A stretch of DNA of 64,000 nucleotides from Mantamonas sphyraenae STR306 (Eukaryota > Protista > CRuMs): the NCBI GenBank assembly GCA_026936335.1, contig JAPMXV010000017.1, forward strand, positions 240,456 through 304,455, written 5' to 3'. The translations under genes and the position numbers were made by a program. The notes beneath the pieces were generated by a model, which was not told where the DNA came from, did no database searches, and saw only the letters and a list, made by a program, of their open reading frames with translations. Below, piece by piece: positions 23,147-33,500 of the stretch; the stretch's first letter is position 1, and every line of letters begins with the position of its first letter.

Positions 23147-23827
23147 ATGAGGTTGACGCGTGTACTGGCCCCACTTTTCGTGGTGTTGGTGCTGGGCCTC
23201 GCTGTCACGGCTCAGCAGGACATCCTGTACGAGGACGTGCCTGAGGAGTACCGTCCGAGGTGTGTGACGGAAAACTGGGTGTATCCGACACAGCGGAAAG
23301 ATGGGTACTGCGACATGTTCCACGGAGGTGTGTGTTGCAGCAACAGCAGCAGCAGCGAGACACTGTTCAGTCGAATGACTTTTAGCAACGACAGCGACGG
23401 AGCACTGTGCCGTGTGTGGGCCAAGGACATGTCCTGCTGGCTGTGCTCGCCGGAGCAGCGCGTGTTTGTGACGCAGAACCTGACGTGCTCCAACCGTGGC
23501 GCCCAATGCGGGCAGGGTCTGTTCCAGCGCGTGGTCCATGGCAAAGTATACACACCAGTCATGTGCATGGATGCCTACGGAGCCGCAGTCCACTACTGCG
23601 GCAAATCGACCCTCGACGACAAACCCTTCAAAGACTTTCTCCCCTACGACATCGAGAATCCAGAGGACGGATGTCGGGAGAACAGCCGCGACGGTGTGTG
23701 TGTGGCATCGATGGAGTGCTACCTGACCACAGTGACGTACAAGAAGGGAGCTGGAGCCTTGGTGAGCGCATCGCCGCTGCTGGTGGCTCTGGTGGCGCTG
23801 GCAGCGAGTGTGAGCATGGCGTCATGA
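23147..23827 (+). CDS. Secreted, probably GPI-anchored cysteine-rich protein (folate-receptor-like fold)
   Basis: Signal peptide MRLTRVLAPLFVVLVLGLAVTA. Cys pattern YC..GVCC..LC...MSCWLCSP..PVMC..HYC. Hydrophobic C-terminal tail typical of GPI signals. Confidence 0.7.
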   Translation: MRLTRVLAPLFVVLVLGLAVTAQQDILYEDVPEEYRPRCVTENWVYPTQRKDGYCDMFHGGVCCSNSSSSETLFSRMTFSNDSDGALCRVWAKDMSCWLCSPEQRVFVTQNLTCSNRGAQCGQGLFQRVVHGKVYTPVMCMDAYGAAVHYCGKSTLDDKPFKDFLPYDIENPEDGCRENSRDGVCVASMECYLTTVTYKKGAGALVSASPLLVALVALAASVSMAS

Positions 23828-23849
23828 TGATGGTAGAGATGTATCGATA

Positions 23850-24944
23850 ATGAAATCATCTGCGAGGTGCGGACCATCCCATCGCATGTGGAAGGAGAAC
23901 ACGGCGAGTGGCAAGCGGGCACAGACATTCCGCGAGGCTGTGGCTGGAGGCAAGATGCCGCCACGAAGCAGCAGCCGAGGAAAGAGAGAGGGGGCAGCGA
24001 GTGTGGGCCACGCAAGTGGGGCGCCCGTGTCGCCGGCAAAGAGCGGGAGCAGCAGTGCGATCCAGCGGGAATACGCAAAGCGCAAGGCGCACAGCAGCAC
24101 ATCGAGGCATCTTCAGCGCAAGGTAAAGAGTGATTCCCTGGGAGTGCCTTTGGGCAAAGGCGGTGGGGACCTGGACGCGCTGCTGGAGGGTCTGGAGGGA
24201 TCCGGAGTGGCCGGGGAGGACGGGTTTGTGTCCGGGGAGCTGCAGGCGCCACCGAGCTCGGGCAAGAGGAGAATGAGTTTGTATGGAAGCGTGGAGGTGG
24301 GCGAAGGTGGCACACGGGCGAACGAAGAGTTTGTGTACTCGCACGGTGGGCGTGGGAGTGTGCAGAGCGGGGAAAGCACCCTGGGCGGGCTGCAGGCGCA
24401 GAATCCACTGTTGAGCCACAAGGCACACGGAATTGCTTTAAAGGCGCGTGCACGACGCAGGCGCAACGGAATCGCCTGTTTGGTGCTTGTCCTGCTTGTC
24501 GTGTTGACTGTACTGTTTGTGTCGCTGTTCCTGCACTCGATCGAGGCGACGGTGACGGAAATCCGCTGGTTGCCACTGGCGGGACACAACGACACGATGC
24601 ATGTGATGGTCGATGTGCAAGTGGACAATCCCAATGTGGAGGAAGTGCAACTGAACAACATCAACCTTGCATTCTGGGTGCAGGCGGGCGCGTCGGGCAC
24701 ACGATACGACCTTGGGGCACACGTGTGGCAAAACAAGGCACTGAGCAGCACAGGCAATCCTGTAGTGGTCAAACACACTCGTGTGCTGCACCTGAGCTGC
24801 AACTTGATTGTGTTGCCGCACAAAACGTTTGTCCACGTGGTCAATCTGCTCAACACAGACGCGTCTGCGCAGCTGCACGTCGATGGCGGCATCTCCTATG
24901 CATCCAGCATGTTTGCGCGTGAGGACATTGTGCAGGGTGTGTAG
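23850..24944 (+). CDS. Type II membrane protein with luminal LEA_2-like domain (Vac7/TMEM106-like architecture)
   Basis: Disordered N-terminus, basic RRRR then a single TM (IACLVLVLLVVLTVLFVSLFL), then VDVQVDNPN..VQLNNINL. Alternative start at 23955. Confidence 0.6.
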   Translation: MKSSARCGPSHRMWKENTASGKRAQTFREAVAGGKMPPRSSSRGKREGAASVGHASGAPVSPAKSGSSSAIQREYAKRKAHSSTSRHLQRKVKSDSLGVPLGKGGGDLDALLEGLEGSGVAGEDGFVSGELQAPPSSGKRRMSLYGSVEVGEGGTRANEEFVYSHGGRGSVQSGESTLGGLQAQNPLLSHKAHGIALKARARRRRNGIACLVLVLLVVLTVLFVSLFLHSIEATVTEIRWLPLAGHNDTMHVMVDVQVDNPNVEEVQLNNINLAFWVQAGASGTRYDLGAHVWQNKALSSTGNPVVVKHTRVLHLSCNLIVLPHKTFVHVVNLLNTDASAQLHVDGGISYASSMFAREDIVQGV

Positions 24945-24982
24945 GGGTGGGAGGAGGAGAGGGGGAGACGCAGGCAAACCTT

Positions 24983-25693
24983 TCATTCGCGCCGGGTCCC
25001 GTCCAGCAGAGGGACCACGACTCGCCGAACAATGGAGAGCATGCTGATGCCAGTAAGGACCATGGCCATCAGGGCGGCACTTCCCAGAACGCCCCAGATT
25101 TGGTGGAGACCAAAGGCGTCGCCACTGTGGATGGCCATCAGCCAGCCGATTGATGTCTTGTCGACGGAAAACACATTGCGCAGGACGCGGTAGAGTGCGC
25201 CTGTGAGGCCCTGTACCAGAAGTAGGACGACAGAGGCTTTGGAGAGCAGCGTGTGGAAGCTGCGGAGGGAGAGCAGGAGCGATTTGCGACGTTGTTTGCG
25301 TTTGAGCTTGGCCTGAGCACTCTCTGGATCGTCGTTGCCCTGTGTGTGTGTGCCATCGTTGCCATCGTCGCTGTGGTGCGTCTCTAGCGGGGCGGTGGTG
25401 TCTTTGGGACGTGTTCGTGCAGGCGGACCCCACCAACGCAGCATCCGGGTGCCGCTCAGAGCCAGGAAAAGCAACCCTGATCCCAGAAGAAATGTATACA
25501 ATGCCTGGGGCCAGGTTGCACCTTGGATGAATGCACCCTGGTGGAGGCGGAGGAGAAACTTGGTGCTTACGCGTGGCACGCCCATCCAAAGCGTCAGCGT
25601 GTGCCACAGCCAGATGGACACTGCAGAAAGACTGAGCGGAACTACGGCGGCCGTGGCCACAAGATTGTGTAGCCGCCTCCAGCGCACAGCCAT
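24983..25693 (-). CDS. PepSY-associated TM-helix-like membrane protein, two fused units
   Basis: Two repeats: RRLHNL..PLSL..LLRLHQG..LALSG and RSFHTL..LVQGLTG..WLMAIHSG..VLTGISM. Resembles small bacterial PepSY_TM proteins. Confidence 0.6.
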   Translation of the reverse strand: MAVRWRRLHNLVATAAVVPLSLSAVSIWLWHTLTLWMGVPRVSTKFLLRLHQGAFIQGATWPQALYTFLLGSGLLFLALSGTRMLRWWGPPARTRPKDTTAPLETHHSDDGNDGTHTQGNDDPESAQAKLKRKQRRKSLLLSLRSFHTLLSKASVVLLLVQGLTGALYRVLRNVFSVDKTSIGWLMAIHSGDAFGLHQIWGVLGSAALMAMVLTGISMLSIVRRVVVPLLDGTRRE

Positions 25694-25757
25694 GTGTGAA
25701 AGTGAGTTTGTGTGGGCTGCGGGGGGGTCGGGGTTCAGCGGTTCATTTGGCACCGCA

Positions 25758-27841
25758 TCACCGCTCCTGAGCCTCCTCTATCTGTCGGATAAGCTGCACA
25801 GCGCGACGCACATACGTGACGCTTTCTGTGAGGCTTTTGACACTGTACAGTTCGGGAAAGAGGCCAATGCGGCGGAGGGGGAATTTGGCGGCGACATCAA
25901 ACTGGCTGTCGTCGTCGGCGTCTTCAACCATGAGCGCATTGTCGTCCATGAGGAAGAGACTCTTGGCTTTGCGCCAGTTGCTCATGCTTTGTGCCATGCG
26001 TACGTTGCACTTGTGCACAAAGTTGACTTCTTTGCGCAGTTTGGGATGGTCTTCCAGCTGCCAGGAGTCTTCGCCCTTGGTCCGGATGGCTGCGTCCATC
26101 GTGTTGAGGGCTCGCTTGTAGGCGTTGACCCACAGGACGTGGACGGAAAAGTAGTGGAGGACGGCAATGCAGCGGTAGACCAGCGCCTCTCGTCGCGGAT
26201 GGTCGACCCCACACACCTCTGCGTCGAGGAAGCGACGCTGGGTGTCGTGCAGCAACTCGGCCGTTTTGCTGCAGTACCGCACACACTCTGTGCGCTTCTG
26301 CTCAAACTTGACTTTGTCGTGGATTTTGGACAGGGATTCGGCGCGCAGCTGGCATGCCTCCATAAACTCTAGACAGGCGTCGATGCGCATGTCGGCAGCC
26401 TTGAGCATATCCTCTGCGTTTCCGCTGCTCTCGGCCACTTCTCGGATCTTGTCTGCCCATCGTTTGCGATCCGTGCCCTCCTTGATCACCTTGGCCACAC
26501 TGCGCTTGTCCTTGGCACGCCGTGAGTGTTGCGAAACCTTTTTCAACCCGGAAAGCGACATCATCTTTGACTTTTTGCGTGTGGGCGGGTTCTCGGAGGA
26601 CGCCGCAGCCTCTGTGCTGCTGCTGGACGCGGCCTTTGTCTCGGCCGGCGCTTTCGCGGAAGAAAAGTCCTGCGTTGCTGATCCCCCCACACGGCTGGCC
26701 TTGACATGCGGACCGGGCGCTGTGAACCCGTCATCGCTTGCGAGGCGGATCTCGCCGTCTTCAGGCTCCTCTTCTTCTCGCTTGCGCTTGTTCGTCTCGG
26801 GCGGTGTCTGCGACGACTGGCTGCTTCGCTCGTCGTCGTCCACGGAGATGCGGACGCGTTGCTTGACTCGGATGCTGTTCAGGGGCATTTTGTTGTTGGT
26901 GGGTGATTCCAGCTTGGCAGGCTCGACGACCATGGCAGCCGTGGATGCAGTTTGGTTGTCCGTAGCGGTTTCGGCAGACTCGCCGTCGTCCTCCTCTTCT
27001 TCGCTGTCGCTGCTCAGGCTGCTGTCGTCCGAGTCGAACCAGCTTGCATCGCTGTCGATGGACACAGCGTCGTCTTCCCGCGTTGTGCTGCTGCTGCTGC
27101 TGCTGCTGCTGCTGGCCGTCGACGTGCTCTGCGACGAGGCGACTGCGACGGCAGCCGCCAGAGCTCGTTCCTTGGCCGCCATGATCTGCTGGTGCACCTG
27201 TGCCAGGGTACGCTGAACGGTCTCGTTCCGCAGTTCCTCGACGGGACGGAAGCGCATACGCTGCACACGCGCGTTGTGACCACGAAACAGGGTCAGTGTC
27301 AGTGTCGATGCACACAGGGCGCGTCGGTGAAAACTTCACCCACCTTCACCAGCCTTTCGACCTCTCGCTGCTGCTTTTCCATCTGTTGCTTCATGTTCAG
27401 CTGTGGCTTTTGCTGTATAGGCCGAGAGCGCTGCTGCGACTGCTGTGGCTGTTGGTACTGCTGCTGCGGTGCGTGTTGCTTGGGTGCAGGTGCAGGGTGT
27501 TGGGGCTGCTGCGTAGTCGTCGTCGTCATGGGTCGGCTGCGCTGCGTGTCCACGCGTCCACGGGCAGGCTTGAACCGATTCACCAGCACCTGTGCGGCAT
27601 TCCGCGTCTGCGCACGGTTCAGTGCAATGGCCTCGTCGTCTGGCAGGGTCTGCGAGTCGCTGCCAGCCATCATCACGCGTTCCTGCAGCTCGTCCACCTC
27701 GGGGTCCAGCAGGTTGTCCAGCATTGGGTCGTCTTCATACCCAAACATGGATGTCTCTCCCTGGCCCAGGCGGTTGCGCATGGCCTCATTGATGGCTTCC
27801 ATTTGCTGGTCGCCCAGAGCAAATTCCTGCTCAAGATCCAT
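25758..27841 (-). CDS. Low-complexity nuclear protein with AF4/FMR2 (AFF)-like C-terminal helical domain
   Basis: Exons 27841-27344 and 27260-25758; intron 27261-27343 (GTGGGT..CTGAC..TGCAG). S/E/K-rich region, then EGTDRKRWAD, IDACLEFME, KTAELL, LVYRCIAVLHY, WRKAKSL and SLTESVTYVRRAVQLI. Confidence 0.6.
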
Positions 27842-27905
27842 TCACGTGCCGTTGCTTTGTCTCTGCAAGCGCTTTCACTTTCATTCTGGCTCTTCCATCA
27901 TGTGC

Positions 27906-30469
27906 TCATTCGGATTCCTGTGCCTGTTTCCTCGCCTGTCGTGCGTCCAGCCGCTGGTTGGCCGCTGCGTAGAGCCTGTGGTGCGGATGCTGCGCACGCG
28001 CAATGCCCACTCCCTCGTTTGTGTTGATGCCTGGCTTCTTGCCGTGTTTGGCAGCCTTGCGCTGCTTTGTCTTTTTGTTGCCCTTGCGTTCGCGCCTGTC
28101 CATCTTCTTGGCCCCTGGCAGTTTGCCAGTTTCACGCACAAACTTTTCTTCAAACGTCTCCTCAGCCTTGAGGGTCGGCGCCTTTTCCACGCTGTGGCCA
28201 CGGATGGCGTCTCGTGCAGCAATTTTCTCCTTCTTCTGGCGAATCAGCTCCAGCGCAGCCTCGTTCAGTTCCGGCTCCTCCTCGTCGTCGTCATCTTCGT
28301 CCACAAAGTCCAGCTGTGCTTGTTGTTCGCTGCTTGTGCTGCTGCTCGTTGTGCTACTGCTGCTGCTACTGCTGCTGGAGGAACCCCCCTCCAGCGCAGG
28401 CGGCCTGTGCGTGTACAGCAGCACGCCGTTGATGTAGTCCTTCAGGATTTCGCGTGCTCCTCGCGATTCGTCCGGCACTCCGTGACCGCTCATGTATCCA
28501 CGCTCTGTGGAATACGCCTGCAGGAGTTCACGTGCTGTCGGTGGCCGCTTGGGATCCTCGTCCAAGCTTGGCTTGGGCAAAACAATGCCGTAGAGCGCCT
28601 CCAGCGTCCGCCTGCTGATACGATGGCACACAAGCGTGATGGGTCCGTAGTGATCACGCATCTGGTCGATGGGAAGCACACCCGCAGTGATCATCTCGCT
28701 CTTGTTTGCCATGAACGAGGGGAACACCAGTCCTGGGCAATCGCAAAGCATCAGGTCGTCGGACAGCACATGTGTCTGGAAGTGCTTCGTCTTGCCCGGC
28801 GTCGAGCTCACCGTCACCTTTTTGTCGTGGCACAGCACGTTGATCGTGGACGACTTGCCCACATTCGGGTAGCCTACCATCCCCACCACGGCGCGCACGG
28901 CTTCGTCGTGCTGCTCCGAGCTTGTCCCTGCGTTTTGCGATTCGTTGGCCGCTGCGGCTTCACGCTTCTCCTTCAGCATTTCCTCGCACATGTCATCAAA
29001 CAACGCCAACAACTGCTCGCGTGTGTAGATGTGTTCCGGCGGCAGCTGGTCCAGATCGACCTCCTGCTCTTCCTCTTCCTCCTCGTCGTCCAGTTCGTCC
29101 TCGTCTTGTTCCTCGTCCTCCTCCTCGTCCTCATCCTGTGTGTTGTGTGTATCCATCTCCTGTTCACGTGCGACATCGCCTTGTTCGTCCGCCTCGATGC
29201 GTGAACTTCCTCCATCTTCGCTGTCCTCGTGCACCTGCCACAGAAACGCGCTGTCTTGCGCGGTTTCGTCGTCTGCCAGCTTTCCCTTGCTCTGCGAATC
29301 GTCCAGCATGCTCAGCAAACCGAAAGCATTCACCACACCGGCGTCATCGTCGTCGTCGTCGCGTGCGTCGCCTCCAGCTTGGCCGACGCCATAGCCCCCC
29401 TCCATCAACAGATCATTGTCCAAGATTTCCTGTTCCAGCCGGTCCATCTCGGCCACTTCTTCCATGTGCCGCAGCATCTCCTCCTGCTTCTCTTCCTGCG
29501 TCATCTTTTCGTAGTTTGCGGACCAGAAGCACGTGCGCACACCCTTGGCCGCAAAGTAGGCAGCCCAGCGGCGCCGAGCACGCACAGACAAGAGATCGGC
29601 CTTGTTCAACAGCAGCATCAGCTTCTTGGGGCGGCCTTGACGTGCTGCCACTTCGTCCACGTACAGCTCCAAATCTTGGCAGCGATACATCAGCGGGTTG
29701 CGCCCGTCCACAATCTGCACCACCACGTCACTGCGCTCAATGACACGCCACAACTGACGCCACACGTCCAAGTTCTTTTCGAACGGTGACACCAGCAGGT
29801 TCTCGTGGCGCTCCAAAGCGGCCAGAGACCGCCTCCACTCCAAGAAATCCGCCTTTTCGTTGGCCGCCAGTTCTTCCGCGGTGGTGGACGAGTCCCACTT
29901 GGGCCGCCTCGGGATGCGCAGTTTGTGTTCGTTTTCAACCTCTGCCGCCTCGCGCTTTCTGTGTGCCGTGCGCAGTGTGCCATGGTCAGCACATGCGCGC
30001 CGCCTTGCTCCATTCCGCCACTCGCCTCACTTACTCTTGATTGTCACCGCGCAGGTAATTGGTCAGCTCGCTCACCACGCCTTCGTTGGCATCGACGATC
30101 TGGGCATTGCGCTGTGTGCGTGTGTGTGTGCGCGCGTGGGGCCTCGGCAAGGGGTGAGCCAGCGCACAGGCCGGAATTTCGACGCGTTTCCGCCCCCTTA
30201 CTGGGCGCCCAGCTCGAGGAGCGCTCGGCAGTGGTCGGTCAACCCACCTTGTGTGCAGCAAAGTCCTTTTCAGCCAGAATGGCGTTGTTCAAAAACTCCT
30301 CCAGAGCGTTGGTCTCCAGAACGGACACGGGAGCGCTCTTCTTGCCCAGCTCCTGGTTGACCCACACGTTGTTCTGGTCGTTGCTCAGCGCATTCTTGAA
30401 CCGCATCTTGTCGCGGTTGCGCTGCTTGTTGAGCGTCGACCCCAGGCCTGTTTTCTTCTTGCTTGGCAT
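27906..30469 (-). CDS. LSG1: Large-subunit GTPase 1 (circularly permuted GTPase)
   Basis: Exons 30469-30248, 30111-30035 and 29958-27906. Motifs LRIPRRPKW, PFEKNLDVWRQLWRVIERSD, NKADLL, GYPNVGKSS, TPGKTKHFQT, DCPGLVFP. Confidence 0.96.
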
Positions 30470-30573
30470 TTTGGGGGGAAGGAGTCGGGTTTGGATGGGT
30501 GGCAAGGGGAGGGAAGGGCAAGGTGCATTGGTTGTGTGGGTGCCCAAGCAAACCCTGTGACTCTCTCTCTCTC

Positions 30574-33500
30574 TCAGTCTTCATCGTCCATGCGCTTGTA
30601 GGAGAGGGAATCGCCTTCGGCCACGCTGGCGCTGCGAGAGCCCATCGTGCCGGATTGGAAGCCGCCACCCATTCGTTTGTACAGCTTGAGGAACTGGGTG
30701 TTCTTGCGGGTGACCTGTGAGCGCAGAATGACAAGGAGGATGCAGCAGGGGATGATCTCGGTGATAATGTAGATGAGGAGGGCGTAGAAAGGGCTGAGAA
30801 ATTGGCCAAGCAGAGTGGTGAGGAGGTTAAAGACACAGTGGGCCAGGAAGCTGACGGCACAGATCATGGCAATGACAGTGATCTTGTTTGTGCGGCGACG
30901 CACGTTGCTCTGCGTGTTTACGAGCATGGAGGAACTGAGCATGTGCAGGCGCTTGCCATACACCACGTAGGCAAGGGCGAGTACCAGCGACATGGAGGCT
31001 ACAAAGATGCTGTAGGCACGCTTGATATCCTCTTGACCCGAGGGAATGGTGTGGAAGAGCGCCACCATGATGATCCAGATGGTGTACATGACGATGTTTG
31101 CCGTCCAGCTGACCTTGGACAAACGGCCCATGACGGCCATCTTGCTGTTCTGGCTGGTGGAGAAGCCTCCACGTGCAAAGTGCAGTGTCTCTGCCCAGAA
31201 GAACACCAGACAATTGTAGGTGGAAAAGAGCAGAAAGGTGGAAAACTCAAACAGAATGTACAGGGCAAACTCAGAGACGTTTTCCGCGTCGACAAGGGGC
31301 AGAAACGTCATGTAGAAGCCGCGACACATGCAAAATGCAAAACAGAGCAGATGAAAGGTCTTTTGCAGCCTGTTCTCCTCGGGGCGGCTGGTGTTGCACA
31401 TGAAGAGGAGCTTGCCGACAGCGGCAAGTGCCACGAGGTAGTACAGCGCGGCGGTGACGTACAGGGAAACGATGTCGAGCTCTGAAAACACGCTCGAGTG
31501 TACGTTGCGCGCGGTGCGCCAGTTTTGGATGCGGTTGACGACAAAAGTAGGTGTTGCCGCTTTCATGCACATCCATGCAGAACTGGCCTGGCCTGCTGGT
31601 TGTATCCACCTTGACGCTGAGAGGGGTAAATGTGGCAAAGTTGTTGCTAGCTTGCGCAATGTCGAGCACGGGAAAGGTGGTTGCGTCGACGTTGATGTCG
31701 GAACGCCTGGCCACACAGACAGTGAGCGACTGGTTGAGAGGCACGCTGAACTTGAGTTGGAAGCCATCCGAGTCGAGCTGGCCGACCACGGTGCCGTACT
31801 GGTTCTTGATGACGCCGTATGGGTTGTAGGCCTGTGAAAAGGACGGGAGGAGGCCCGAGGACAGGTACTCTGTGTTTGTGACGGCAAAGTTGCTTGCACT
31901 GATGACAGAGACAAAGATGTCTGTGCAGTCGACGTTGCGTTGGATGGTGTAGGTGTTGGTTATGATTTCGACGGGTCCCGTGCGCTGAGCCACGGAAATG
32001 CCGTAGCACGCTTTGATGACGCCGACCGGCACGAGCGCATTTGTGCCGTAGCAGCGCCTGCTTGCAGCATCATGGCCACCTGAGCAGTCGCAGGAGAGCT
32101 TGAGGAGGGTGTCGTAGAGACGAGAGGAGCTGCAGAGAGATTCGGTTTCAAAGCTGGTTGCAAAGGAGTGTGCGACGGCCTTGCTGACGAGTTCGTTGAG
32201 CAAGGTGTGGTTGATGGTGTTGTTCCACTGGTTGACCGAGTTCCACGCACGCGGGATCCAATCGAGCGGGCGCATTTCGCCGCGCACCCATTGGCCAGCC
32301 TCCCAGTTGTACAGCTGGTCGACCGAGCCGCCACAGTCTTTGCAGCGCGCAGTCTGATCAGCGAGAGGCACAGACGGGTTTGCAAACTGAGGCAGTTTGC
32401 AGCCGGAGCCGAGGCGCTCGCAGGAGGACTTGTTGTAGGCACGGTAGGCCCAGCGATAGGGAGCACCACGGGCGATGCATGCAGCCTCGGTGAGTACCCC
32501 TGTGTCGACACAGCCAAGGAGGGCTTGATAGAGGTGGGCTGGGCATTCTGGAGACCCTGTGTTTGGGTCGAGGTCGTGGGGCCTGTAGCATGCGCCTGGA
32601 GAGGTTGCGTTGGGGTGCATCTTGCCATCCTCGCAATCGCCACCGCGAGAGAGGCAGGTTGCCTCGTCGATACACAGGGCGGAGTTTTGCCAGGAGCAGC
32701 CAAAGTAGCGCATGTACTCGGGGCACTTGTTGGGATCGGCTGCGCAGGCGGCGCACTGGTTGTAATCCATGTCGTGGCAGGTCTGCCAGTGCATGGACGA
32801 GTCGATGGCGAGACACTCGTTGCGAGGCAACTGGAGGTTGTAGCAGGTGTAGATGGTGGTGCCATTCTTGAGCGGAAGGCGGAGGCCGTAGAAGCGGTTT
32901 GAGCTGACCTGGAGGTTGGTTTTGCACAGGAGTTCGTTGGCGGTCCAGCAAGCGCTGAAATACTGAGTGGAGGCACACGATTGGCAGGGCTTTGTGCACA
33001 GCTGCGTGCGGTCGCATTCGGCCTCGTACTTGTTGAGGCCGTCTTTGCAGTAGCCCGTGCGGCACTGTGACTCGTTTGTGTAGCGGCCTTCGTGCCAGCG
33101 GTTGCCATAGATGTACTTGTAGCCGAGGACGCGTGTGCACTGCTGGTCGACGTCGACGTTGACGATGCAGCGCTGGGTGTGGTTTGCCCAGAAGCGGACA
33201 AGGCCCTTGACGGAGGGAAAGACACAGGTGCCCTGGCCACAGCCTAGGGTGTTGACGGCCTGTGCACAGGCAAAGGTCCAGGGGCCCGTGCAGCACTCTG
33301 GCTTGGACTTGCAGACGCACTGGGAAATGGTGCTGTTTGTGTCGCAAGTGCTTTGGTTGCGGGGCACGGAGGAGGAATCTGGGCAGCAGCAAGGGGAGCA
33401 ACACTGCTTGTAGGAGGTGACGCCCGGGGCAACACACTCGCCGCGGCAATAGATGATGGGCCTGCCGAGGCTGTCGTATCGGCGTTCGTAGATGTTGCAG

